Source: Alphaproteobacteria bacterium (GTDB lineage Bacteria; Pseudomonadota; Alphaproteobacteria; Bin95). Taken from it: 64,000 nt of DNA. A program made the position numbers and the translations under genes. Below the pieces are notes generated by a model. That model ran no database searches. It had not been told where the DNA came from and worked only from the letters and a program-made list of their open reading frames with translations. Below, in pieces: positions 26,770-35,734 of this stretch (the first letter of the stretch is position 1; each line of letters begins with the position of its first letter). The DNA lies in contig CBDBGH010000003.1 in NCBI GenBank assembly GCA_965205265.1, forward strand, positions 512,001 to 576,000, given 5' to 3'.

Positions 26770-28479
26770 ATGAAGCGCCGTACAGGACAGCATGCGACCG
26801 TCCCGCTTCGCCCTCCCGACCGCGTTATGCGCCTGGAACGGATGGGCGCATCCTTCCAGACGAGGCTGAGCTTCATGCGCCAGCTGGTCCGCCGGATGCA
26901 CAGGGAACGGTGGCGGCTGGAACGCCTGCGCTTCGAGCTCGACGCCGACGGGCTGGGCTTTGCCGTCTATGCCGCACACGCCCCGGCGCGGACCTACTCC
27001 CTGGTCGCGTTTACGCACGGGATCGGCGCAGAGGAGCGCACCGACCGGGTCATTGCGGAGGCCTGGGATGCGACCTTCTCGCTCTTCGACGGCGTGCCGG
27101 ACGCCTCGGATATCGAACGCCTGCGCGAGAACACGCCGAAACAGGAAGCCGGACGGTTCAGAGCCAGCGAGCTGGTGTTGGCGCGGGCGAACAAGAGCAT
27201 GCGCCTGTTCGGGCATGCGGTCGAAAGCCTGGCCGCCGGCAGGCAGCCCGATGCGGACCGCCTTGCCGAAACCGGATATCTCATGCGCACTACGGCCGTT
27301 TACGGCAGCGGCAAGTTCGGCTGCGCCGACCGGGAGAAGATCGCGGACCGGCCGGAAATGCGCGGTCCGTTCCAGGCCGAGTTGCTCACCGTTTACCTCA
27401 TCCGGTGGATGAGCCTCGATCTGGCCAACCATCTGGCGCAATGCCGGGGCGGCGCAGGGAGTGCGGCGCTGGCTCCGGACCATGCACGCTATCTGGGCAT
27501 CGGCAACGCCACCGGGCTTGGAATGGCTCCTTTCCTCATCAGATATCCGGTCCTCGTCAACAATTGGGTCCTGGCGCGGGAGACCGCACTGGCGCGCGTG
27601 CGCGCGCTGCCGTCCGCCGGCGCCGGGGAGACCGCCGGGTTTATGGCTCTCCTGGACCGCGCCCGGCGCTATGTCGGCGAGTGGAACGTGGAGGACGAGG
27701 CGCAGACCGCGCGGATCCGGCGCTTGCAGGCCGATCTCGGCGAATTGGCGGGGTGGTGCCCGGCCGGCCTTGCCGGTCGTTATCCCTGGGATTCCCTGTA
27801 CCGCTTTGCGGAGTCGAATTTCTCGCTCGAGGGGCAGGAATTCACCGTGTCGCTGCTGCTGGAAGGGCACGGCCCGGTGGTGGACGAACTCGGCGAGGAG
27901 ATGAGCGCCCCGGCGCTGTCCCGGCTGAGGCCGGAAATGCCGCTGGGCGAACTCCGCCGTCTGATCGGGGCGCACTATGCCTGGGCCCTGGCGACGGACT
28001 ACACGCGGCCGGAGGCGGTGGAGCGCTTCTGGTACTATTCCGAGGAAAAGCTGGAACCCCGCGTCGGCAATCGCCGCACCGAACCCGGCGCGGAGTTCGA
28101 AATGCCGATCGCCGTCGCCCGGGACATAAGCCGGCTGAACGCGCGCCTGCTCGAATACGGCGACTCGCAAACGGTAGCCGACTTGCTCGCGGAGGCCCCG
28201 GAATACCGCAATACCGTGTGGCGGGTGCAGACGGCCGTTGAATGCCCCTACGGCGAAATCCGCGACAACCTGATTGCGGCCGACCGGCGTCCTCTCGATA
28301 TCCTGCGCTTCAAGCTGGCTTTCTTCGGCGTCTCCAAATTCGATCCGAAGTCCGACCTGTGGACGCGCGTAAACATGTATCAGGGCGCGCCGCTGGCGGA
28401 TGAGATCGCCGGCGGGAGCGCGGAGGAGTGGGCGTTTGCGACCCGGCCCGCGGAGCTTTCCGTGGAGGCGGGACCGTGA
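26770..28479 (+). CDS. Conserved hypothetical protein (569 aa)
   Basis: Long coding-like ORF; motifs GYLMRTTAVYGSGKFG, GIGNATGLGMAPFL, FWYYSEEKLEPR, KFDPKSDLW; stop overlaps the next GTG. Confidence 0.8.
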   Translation: MKRRTGQHATVPLRPPDRVMRLERMGASFQTRLSFMRQLVRRMHRERWRLERLRFELDADGLGFAVYAAHAPARTYSLVAFTHGIGAEERTDRVIAEAWDATFSLFDGVPDASDIERLRENTPKQEAGRFRASELVLARANKSMRLFGHAVESLAAGRQPDADRLAETGYLMRTTAVYGSGKFGCADREKIADRPEMRGPFQAELLTVYLIRWMSLDLANHLAQCRGGAGSAALAPDHARYLGIGNATGLGMAPFLIRYPVLVNNWVLARETALARVRALPSAGAGETAGFMALLDRARRYVGEWNVEDEAQTARIRRLQADLGELAGWCPAGLAGRYPWDSLYRFAESNFSLEGQEFTVSLLLEGHGPVVDELGEEMSAPALSRLRPEMPLGELRRLIGAHYAWALATDYTRPEAVERFWYYSEEKLEPRVGNRRTEPGAEFEMPIAVARDISRLNARLLEYGDSQTVADLLAEAPEYRNTVWRVQTAVECPYGEIRDNLIAADRRPLDILRFKLAFFGVSKFDPKSDLWTRVNMYQGAPLADEIAGGSAEEWAFATRPAELSVEAGP

Positions 28480-29225
28480 GCACTGCGGCGACGCCCATGT
28501 CGCTGAACGAAATCGGCTTCTATTTCACCCGCGCGGCCGTCGGGGCGGGCGCGCCGTTCGGACTCGGCGAGGCGTTTGCCGAGACCTCGAAGTGGGTGGC
28601 GTTCCTCGGGCTCGATCCGGCGGCGGTGGCCGTGCCCGCTCTCCACGGGCTGGCTGGCGGCGGAAGCGGCACTGCGTTGACGCTCCGGCGGGCGGGAAAC
28701 GTCATTTCCGTCGGGAGCGGCGACGGTCGAATCCTGTCCGCCATCTATGCAGGCCCGGCAGTCGCCGACCGGCTGCTGGTGGAAGCGGCGCGCACGGGCG
28801 AATGCCGTCTGGCACTGGACGTGACCGACCAGCCGCTCCTGATCGCCGCGGCCGTGGCCTCGGCCGACATTCGCGCAAGCCGGATTGCAATGTCCTGGCA
28901 ATCGCGAACCGGAGGCCGGATCGTCGTCGAGCTGAACCACGGCGTCGCCGCCCTGAACGGTCTGGACGCCGGCACGATTGCAGCACCCGAGCCTGCGAGA
29001 GTCGAGATTGTCCTGAACGGCGCCGGAGCCGAGACGCCGCCTCCGTTGCAAACAAGGACAATACGGCTCGCCGACAGCAGGTCCGGCGCGGTGGAGTGCG
29101 GCGTCGTCATGGATGGTGCGGCCCGGTCCACGGTGTACGACTACTTCAGCAGGTGTCTGGTGCCTTCTACAGGCCGGTCCCGCACGGCGGGGGCCGGCGC
29201 AGGAAATCGGACCGACAACTGCTGA
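28476..29225 (+). CDS. DUF3726-like protein
   Basis: SLNEIG...RAAVGAG.PFGLGE N-terminus; LVPSTGRSRTAGAGAG..DN C-terminus. Confidence 0.7.
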   Translation: MSTAATPMSLNEIGFYFTRAAVGAGAPFGLGEAFAETSKWVAFLGLDPAAVAVPALHGLAGGGSGTALTLRRAGNVISVGSGDGRILSAIYAGPAVADRLLVEAARTGECRLALDVTDQPLLIAAAVASADIRASRIAMSWQSRTGGRIVVELNHGVAALNGLDAGTIAAPEPARVEIVLNGAGAETPPPLQTRTIRLADSRSGAVECGVVMDGAARSTVYDYFSRCLVPSTGRSRTAGAGAGNRTDNC

Positions 29226-29350
29226 ACGGTGGATGCACGATGGCCTGGGCGGTATCGCCGTTGCCTTCGGTCGGTGCCGTCCCCGGTATTTGCAGGAAAA
29301 CAGGAGATGGCATATTCTGCCAATCGCAATCCAGCGGAGGGAATGCGATT

Positions 29351-29653
29351 ATGCCGACGCGCAATGTCGTTCTTTCGGAACGGCAGGAATCGATGATTGC
29401 AAGGCTGGTGGCTTCCGGCCGCTACCAGAATGCCAGCGAAGTTATGCGGGAAGGGCTGAGGCTCATCGAGCGCCGGGAATCGGAAGATGAGATTCGGCTC
29501 CAGGCTTTGCGCGAAGCAGCGGAAGCCGGTATTGCAGACATCGCTGCCGGGCGCTCCATGGTTTTCGATTCGGGAGCAGCGCTACAGGAATACCTGTCCG
29601 AATTGGCCGACGAGACGCTCGGTAACCGGACGCCGGATGACGACGGCAAGTGA
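29351..29653 (+). CDS. ParD-family antitoxin (CC2985-like RHH)
   Basis: MPTRNVVL...LVASGRYQNASEVMREGLRL; GGAGG RBS. Confidence 0.9.
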   Translation: MPTRNVVLSERQESMIARLVASGRYQNASEVMREGLRLIERRESEDEIRLQALREAAEAGIADIAAGRSMVFDSGAALQEYLSELADETLGNRTPDDDGK

Positions 29654-30018
29654 CCTCCGGCGATGCTCGTTGGCGTGTCCGTTTGACTGCGATAGCCGTA
29701 AACGACTTCCGCAACATTCTGGACTGGACATCGGATCGATTCGGCGCGTCTCAGGCGCGTCGATATGCGGAGACGCTGACGGCGGCGCTTCGGGCACTGG
29801 AAGCGGGACCGCATGTTCCCGGTTCGCGAGCGCGCGATGAAATCGGAGAGGGGCTCATGACCCTGCATGTTGCGCGCGGAAGACGGCGGGGGCGGCACCT
29901 CGTTTTGTACCGGATTGGAGGCTCGATAGCGCCTCCGGAGATCGAAGTGCTTCGCCTTCTGCACGATTCGATGGATTTGTCTCGCCATATCGACCGGAAG
30001 GAAAGAGGCGATGGGTGA
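29650..30018 (+). CDS. RelE/ParE family toxin
   Basis: VRLT..A..DF.NIL.WT..RFG..QA..Y, HLVLYR, EVLRLLHDSMDL; GTGA overlap with the antitoxin. Confidence 0.88.
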   Translation: MTSGDARWRVRLTAIAVNDFRNILDWTSDRFGASQARRYAETLTAALRALEAGPHVPGSRARDEIGEGLMTLHVARGRRRGRHLVLYRIGGSIAPPEIEVLRLLHDSMDLSRHIDRKERGDG

Positions 30019-30051
30019 CGCCACGGCGCCGCATGCGCGTATTTCGACGCG

Positions 30052-31080
30052 CTATCCGCCGCTCATCCGTGCCTGCGCCGGTTCGCTGCGGCGGGGGCCG
30101 GCGCCGCGGGCGAAGCGGGCGTCATTGTAGATCTTCACCGTGGTGGGCGCGTAGAGCGGCGGGTGCCGGGCGTCCACGCAGGTCCCGATGCAGGCGATCC
30201 GCGCGTCATAGTTCGGCCGCGTGAAATAGCCGATGGAGAGCCGGCGGGAGCGGGACCGCGCCTCCGCCTCGGGCACCGCGACCCGGTGCGGCGTCGAGAC
30301 CCAGCGGTCGTTGGTCCAGCGCATCAGCAGGTCGCCGATATTGACGATGAAGGTGTTGTCGATGGCCGGCGCGTCGATCCAGTCGCTGGCGCGCGGGCGC
30401 ACCTGCAGGCCGCCGGCCGCCGCTTCGTTCCGCAGGATCGTCATCATGCCGAGGTCGGTGTGGACGCCGCAGCGAAGCTGGCCGGGCTCCAGTTCGCGGT
30501 CCGGGGCCGGGTAGTGCAGCAGGCGGAGCTGGCTCGCATGGCGGTCGAGCTTGTCGCGGAACCAGTCGGCTGGCAGGCCGAGCGCCAGCGCGAAATAGCG
30601 GGCGAGCCTATTCGAGAGGTCCTCCAGCGCCAGGAAATAGGCCTTCATGGCGGGTTCCAGCGCCGGCGGCCGGGCGGGCCAGAGATTGGGCGCGAAGTTC
30701 GGATAGGAACGCTGCTGCGAATGGTAGCGGTCGTCCGGGCGCCCGAACGGGCCGATGGCGAACACTTCCTTGAAATCCGGTGGCGTATCGCCGCCATGCA
30801 TCCGCGCCAGCGTCTCCTCGCCATAGGGGATATAGCCCCGGTTCTGGTCGTGCTGCGGCCGGCGCACCGTCATTTTCGCGTCGAGCGGCAGGTCGAAAAA
30901 GGCCTGCGCGGCCTCGTAGAGCGCGGTCTGGACCGCTTCCGGCACGCCATGGTTCCGGACCACGACGAAGCCGATCTCGCGGCAGATCCGGTCGAGGTCC
31001 CGCGCGGCGGAAGCGGTTTCCGCCGGGTCCGGGCTCTCGAAGCGCCCGAGGTCGAAGAGGGGGATCGCCCGGGTCGTCAT
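30052..31080 (-). CDS. Isopenicillin N synthase-like 2OG-Fe(II) oxygenase
   Basis: IPLFDL, GF..V.NHGV, LRLLHYP, HTDLG, NIGDLL.RWTN..W.ST.HRV, RLS. Confidence 0.93.
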   Translation of the reverse strand: MTTRAIPLFDLGRFESPDPAETASAARDLDRICREIGFVVVRNHGVPEAVQTALYEAAQAFFDLPLDAKMTVRRPQHDQNRGYIPYGEETLARMHGGDTPPDFKEVFAIGPFGRPDDRYHSQQRSYPNFAPNLWPARPPALEPAMKAYFLALEDLSNRLARYFALALGLPADWFRDKLDRHASQLRLLHYPAPDRELEPGQLRCGVHTDLGMMTILRNEAAAGGLQVRPRASDWIDAPAIDNTFIVNIGDLLMRWTNDRWVSTPHRVAVPEAEARSRSRRLSIGYFTRPNYDARIACIGTCVDARHPPLYAPTTVKIYNDARFARGAGPRRSEPAQARMSGG

Positions 31081-31183
31081 CGCGCCATCTTGCCACGGCG
31101 CGCGGGGCTTGTCTCCCTGCGGCTCGGGCTCGGGCAGGTTCCGGGGTAGAGTCGCCCGGAGCCACGCATCCGGGAGCGATGGA

Positions 31184-31936
31184 ATGCAGGCGGTCGTCCA
31201 CCGCTTTCTGCGGCAAGCTCAGCTCTGGACGGCGATCGGGCTGGTCTCCGTGGCGGGCTGGGCGTTCGTCGCCTGGATGACGCTCGACATGGCGCATCCG
31301 CTCGTCCGCCTGACGATGCCGTTCGATACCGCCTGGCCCTGGGAGACGGCGGCAGCGGTGTTCGTCATGTGGGCGGGCATGATGGTCGCGATGATGCTGC
31401 CCTCGGCCGCGCCCATGATCCTTGCCTTCGACACCGTGGAGCGCGGCGGCGCCGGCGGGACGGCGTCGCGGACGCTCGTCTTCGGCGGGGCCTATCTGCT
31501 CGTCTGGGTCGGCTTCTCTGCGCTGGCGGCGGGCGCGCAGTGGCTGTTGCAGGCGGGCGACCTGCTGACGCCGATGATCGTGAGCAATTCCGACGGACTG
31601 ACGGCGGGGCTGCTCATTCTTGCGGGCCTCTACCAGTTCACGCCGTTGAAGCGGGCTTGCCTGAGGCACTGCCGCACGCCGCTCGGGTTTCTCATGGCGG
31701 AGTGGCGCGAGGGGACGCGCGGCGCGCTCGCGATGGGCCTCAGGCACGGCCTTTACTGCGCGGGATGCTGCTGGACGCTGATGCTGCTGCTGTTCGCGGC
31801 GGGCGTCATGAACCCGGTCTGGATCGTGTTCCTGACAGCCGCGGTCGCGCTCGAAAAATGGCCGCGCCTGCCGGCCTGGCTCACCTGGGCCTACGGTGCC
31901 GCCCTCTTGTTCGCCGGCGCGGCGGTCCTGCTTTGA
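31184..31936 (+). CDS. DUF2182 predicted metal-binding membrane protein
   Basis: MW..MMVAMMLPSAAP, YQFTPLKRACLRHCRTP, GLYCAGCCWTLM. Confidence 0.9.
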   Translation: MQAVVHRFLRQAQLWTAIGLVSVAGWAFVAWMTLDMAHPLVRLTMPFDTAWPWETAAAVFVMWAGMMVAMMLPSAAPMILAFDTVERGGAGGTASRTLVFGGAYLLVWVGFSALAAGAQWLLQAGDLLTPMIVSNSDGLTAGLLILAGLYQFTPLKRACLRHCRTPLGFLMAEWREGTRGALAMGLRHGLYCAGCCWTLMLLLFAAGVMNPVWIVFLTAAVALEKWPRLPAWLTWAYGAALLFAGAAVLL

Positions 31937-31952
31937 GCGGCGCCCGCGAGGC

Positions 31953-32600
31953 TTACGGCCCGGTCCAGTCGAACGGGATGTGCTTGGCGGAGTTGACGTC
32001 CCAGGAGAACGCGAAGCCGAAGGCATCGACCTTGCAGACGGTTGCCTTGCCCCAGGTGACGAGCTGCGGGCCCGGCCCGGTTTCCGAGCCCGGCGCGTTG
32101 GCGAGGCGGGGATATTCGCCGGGATTGCTGGTCGGCCCGGTAAGCGCGTCGGCCCAGGCCGTGACCTTGCCCGCGATATCGACGCCCCAGCGCGATTGGT
32201 CGGGCGTAATCTCGAAGGAAATCGCCGCCCGTTCGACGCCGCGCAGCTTGCGCCCCTCGGTGAAGAGCGCGGCGACCTTGCCGGGGAAGCCGCCGGCCCG
32301 CCCGGCAATGATGGCCGTCAGCGCCTCGGCCTGGGCGTCGTTGGCGCGGTCGTCGATGAACAGCCCCGCCTCGCCCTCGGCCTTGCCCGCCCACAGGTCG
32401 CCCTCCCAGCGGCCGACCCGCACGAAGGCGAGGTCGTCGAGGACCGTGTCGCCGTAATGCCCGCGTTTGACGTGCCAGAAGAGGACCGACTCGCAGAAAT
32501 TGTTGTCCGGCGCCTGCGCGAAGGTGCAGGGGCAGGCGACGGCGCAGCTGCAATTGTCGAACCAGTCGCCCACGATGTGCCAGCTCGGCGTATCCGGCAT
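31953..32600 (-). CDS. DUF1326 protein
   Basis: W...GDWFDNCSCAVACPC, GHYGD..LDDL, FIDDRA...Q. Confidence 0.9.
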   Translation of the reverse strand: MPDTPSWHIVGDWFDNCSCAVACPCTFAQAPDNNFCESVLFWHVKRGHYGDTVLDDLAFVRVGRWEGDLWAGKAEGEAGLFIDDRANDAQAEALTAIIAGRAGGFPGKVAALFTEGRKLRGVERAAISFEITPDQSRWGVDIAGKVTAWADALTGPTSNPGEYPRLANAPGSETGPGPQLVTWGKATVCKVDAFGFAFSWDVNSAKHIPFDWTGP

Positions 32601-32731
32601 GAGAGCCTCCCCTGGTGCCGCAATCCCGGCGTGGATGCTACGGGATAGCGGGCGGGAGGCGCAACGGGCATTGCGGCCGGCGGCGGGGCGAGGTAGCAGC
32701 CGAAGCTGGCGAACAAGGACGGGAGGCCCCC

Positions 32732-33220
32732 ATGCGCCTGCAGACGAGTCTTTCGCTGGCAGAGGCCAATGCCATCGTGAACGAGGCGCTCAGGCTCGGG
32801 CGCGAGGCCGGCATGCTGCCGCTCACCGTCGTCGCGCTCGATGCGAGCGGCAAGCTCATCGCCGCGCAGTCGGAAGACGGCTCCGGCCTGCTGCGCTTCG
32901 ACATCGCCTTCGGCAAGGCCTGGGGCGCGCTCGGCATGGGCATCTCCAGCCGCCTCATCCGCGACCGCCTGGCCGCCCGCCCGGCCTTCCAGGCCGCGCT
33001 CGCCGCCGCGTCGGAAGGGCGCTTCGTCCCGGTGCCGGGCGGCGTGCTGGTCCAGACCGGCGAGGGCGTGACCGTGGGGGCGGTGGGCGTCAGCGGCGAC
33101 ACCTCGGAGAAGGACGAATACTGCGCCGTCGAGGCGATCGGGAGAGCCGGCCTCTTCCCCGAACCCGCCGAGCCCGACCCCGACTGGCGCGGCTCGTCGC
33201 TGTCCGACCGTCAGGAGTAA
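32732..33220 (+). CDS. GlcG/HbpS heme-binding family protein
   Basis: VVALDASG, IAFGKAWGA, PGGVLV, GAVGVSGDTSEKDE. Confidence 0.9.
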   Translation: MRLQTSLSLAEANAIVNEALRLGREAGMLPLTVVALDASGKLIAAQSEDGSGLLRFDIAFGKAWGALGMGISSRLIRDRLAARPAFQAALAAASEGRFVPVPGGVLVQTGEGVTVGAVGVSGDTSEKDEYCAVEAIGRAGLFPEPAEPDPDWRGSSLSDRQE

Positions 33221-33250
33221 ATCCGTCTTCCCTTCCGCGGTCGGGAACGG

Positions 33251-33925
33251 TCACCCCTTGATGACATGCTCCTTCGTCACGACGAAGGCGAGGCGGGCCT
33301 CGTCGATGAAGGCGGCCTCGTCGGCGCGGGTAGTCGCATAGGCTTCCGATGCGGCCGAGGCGCGCATGGCGTCCGTGTCGTCGAACCATGTGATGGCGAG
33401 GCCGTCCAGCGCCGGCTGCCGTCCGTCGCGGTAGGCGCCGGGGCGGACATGGTTCTGCACATAGCGGCGTATCTGGGTAATCCCGGCGGCGATGGGGCCG
33501 TGGGTGCCGCGCCAGTAGTCCTGGAAGGCGCCGACCGCCATGCCGGGTTTGCGATGGATGAGTTCGATGTTCTTCACGCCGTCCTCGGGCCGCTCGCCGT
33601 CCACGATCGCATGCTCCTCGACCAGCAGGGTCGCCATGCCCGCCCGGTCGATGAAGCGCGCCTCGTCCTCGCAGAGCGCCTCGAATTCCGGGAGCGAGGC
33701 GTTGCGGCGGAGCGTCTCCATGTCCTCCCACCAGGTCTCGGCCACGCCGTCGCAGGCGAGCTCGCCCTTGCGGTAGCCGCCCGGCAGCGGGTGGTTCTGG
33801 CAGTAGCGCACAAGGCCCGGCATTTTCAGCACGGCCTTCGGGTGCTCGTTCAGCCAGTAGGACCGGAAGGCCTCCAGGTCCATGCCGGGCTTGCGCTTGA
33901 AGACGATGGCGGCCTTGACGGTCAT
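33251..33925 (-). CDS. EthD family protein with two tandem EthD domains
   Basis: Repeated RKPGM...F..YW...H.P...RY.QNH...DG...W...DE..FID module. Confidence 0.9.
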   Translation of the reverse strand: MTVKAAIVFKRKPGMDLEAFRSYWLNEHPKAVLKMPGLVRYCQNHPLPGGYRKGELACDGVAETWWEDMETLRRNASLPEFEALCEDEARFIDRAGMATLLVEEHAIVDGERPEDGVKNIELIHRKPGMAVGAFQDYWRGTHGPIAAGITQIRRYVQNHVRPGAYRDGRQPALDGLAITWFDDTDAMRASAASEAYATTRADEAAFIDEARLAFVVTKEHVIKG

Positions 33926-33950
33926 GGCCGGTCCTTTCCCGGTGCTGGGT

Positions 33951-34709
33951 TCAGACGGTGAGGTAGCCGCCGTCGGCGGCAAGGGTGACGCCGGTGACAT
34001 ATTGCGCGAGGTCCGAGACCAGGAAGAGCACCGGGCCGGCAATGTCCTCCGGCGTGCCGTGGCGGCCCATCGGAATGTGGCGCATCATGCGCTCCAGCGC
34101 TTCCGGCTTCTTCTGGATGCCCTCCTCGTTGATCGGCGTGAAGATGAGCCCGGGCGCCACGGCGTTGACCCGGATGCCGAAGGGCCCGAGCTCCGCCGCC
34201 AGCCCCACAGTGAAGTTCTTCACCGCGCCCTTCGAGGTCGTATAGACGACCGAGTTGGGCGTGTGGACATGGGACTGGATCGAGCCGGTGTTGACGATCC
34301 GTCCCTTCGTTTCCTTGAGCTGCTCCAGGAAGGCGTGGGTCATGTAGAACAGCGCGTTCACATTGACCGCCATGGTGTCTTCCCAGTCCTGCCGCGCGGT
34401 GTTCGAGGAAAGCCCCGCCCGGCGCACGATGCCGGCATTGTTGAACAGGATCGAGGCGGGGCCGATCTCGATATGCACCCTGCCGGCGAGCGCCTGGCAG
34501 GCGTCCGCATCGGCGACATCCACCGGGTAGGCCCGCGCTGCCGGGCCGATCTCGCCGGCGACCGCCTCGGCCTTCGCGCCGTCCTTGTCCACGACCGCGA
34601 CCCGCGCGCCCGCCTCGGCCAGCACAAGCGCCGTGCCCCGCCCGATGCCGGAGCCGCCGCCGGTGACGACGGCGACATGGCCGTCCAGCAGGCCCTTCGG
34701 GACGATCAT
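33951..34709 (-). CDS. Short-chain dehydrogenase/reductase
   Basis: TGGGSGIG, NNAGI, YTTSK. Confidence 0.92.
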   Translation of the reverse strand: MIVPKGLLDGHVAVVTGGGSGIGRGTALVLAEAGARVAVVDKDGAKAEAVAGEIGPAARAYPVDVADADACQALAGRVHIEIGPASILFNNAGIVRRAGLSSNTARQDWEDTMAVNVNALFYMTHAFLEQLKETKGRIVNTGSIQSHVHTPNSVVYTTSKGAVKNFTVGLAAELGPFGIRVNAVAPGLIFTPINEEGIQKKPEALERMMRHIPMGRHGTPEDIAGPVLFLVSDLAQYVTGVTLAADGGYLTV

Positions 34710-35497
34710 CCGAGCGCCTCCTCGTCCACCGGGACCGTGTACATCAGCGGCAGGCGCCCGCCCTCGGCGTAGATCACCTGCCCGGTGACGTAGGAGGACT
34801 CCTCGCTCGCAAGGAAGAGCGCGACGGAGGCGATCTCGTCGGGCTCCGCCGGGCGCCCGATCGGCGTGCGCGACAGCACCGTGCGGCGCGACTCGGGCGA
34901 GGAGAACACCATCTCGCGCATGAGCTCGGTGTTGGTGGAGCCGGGGCCGATGGCGTTGACGCGGATGCCCTTGTCGATGAGCGCGAGCGCCATGCCGGCC
35001 GTCATGTGGTTCACTGCCGCCTTGCTGGTGCAATAGGGAATCTGGGTCGGGATGATGCGCTTGCCGGCGATGGAGCCGATGGTGACGATGGACCCGCCGC
35101 TTCCCTGCGCCGCCATCCGGCGCGCGGCCGCCTGGACCGTCAGCATGACGCCGTTGACATTGACGCGCATCACCTTGTCGAAGTCGGCTTCCTCCAGTTC
35201 GAGGAAATCCGCCTCGATGCCGATGCCGGCATTGGCGACGGCGATGTCGAGCCGCCCGTAGCGCTCGACGGCGAGCGCCACCAGGTCCTTGAGGTCGCCC
35301 GAGCGGGTCACGTCGCAGGCGGTCGCCGAGACCGCCGCCGCATCGTTCGAGATGGCGCGCGCGGCCGACTCCGCCCTGGCTCCGTCGATGTCGGAGAGCA
35401 CCACCTTCGCGCCCTCGCGCACGAAGCGAGCGGCAATGGCCTTGCCGATCCCCTGTCCGGCTCCGGTGACGACGGCGACCTTGTTTTCCAGACGCAT
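34706..35497 (-). CDS. Short-chain dehydrogenase/reductase
   Basis: TGAGQGIG, ANAGI, YCTSK; ATGA overlap with the next SDR. Confidence 0.92.
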   Translation of the reverse strand: MRLENKVAVVTGAGQGIGKAIAARFVREGAKVVLSDIDGARAESAARAISNDAAAVSATACDVTRSGDLKDLVALAVERYGRLDIAVANAGIGIEADFLELEEADFDKVMRVNVNGVMLTVQAAARRMAAQGSGGSIVTIGSIAGKRIIPTQIPYCTSKAAVNHMTAGMALALIDKGIRVNAIGPGSTNTELMREMVFSSPESRRTVLSRTPIGRPAEPDEIASVALFLASEESSYVTGQVIYAEGGRLPLMYTVPVDEEALG

Positions 35498-35734
35498 GGA
35501 CGGCTCCTTCGCTAAGCCGGTTTTTCGAGGCGCGGCACTATAGCCGAGCCGGCCGGCTATCCGCTATCGAGGACCGAAAGGGCGGCAGGCCGGTGTGCTG
35601 CAAAACCGCAACGCGGGCGCAGGAAATGTCAATATTGCAGTGTTGTAACCGTTTCGCTGTGTTCATGGATCGATAATGGGGGATACTTGTCGGGCCGCCG
35701 CACTCAAGCAGGCGGCAGAGATAGGAGGCGGCTC

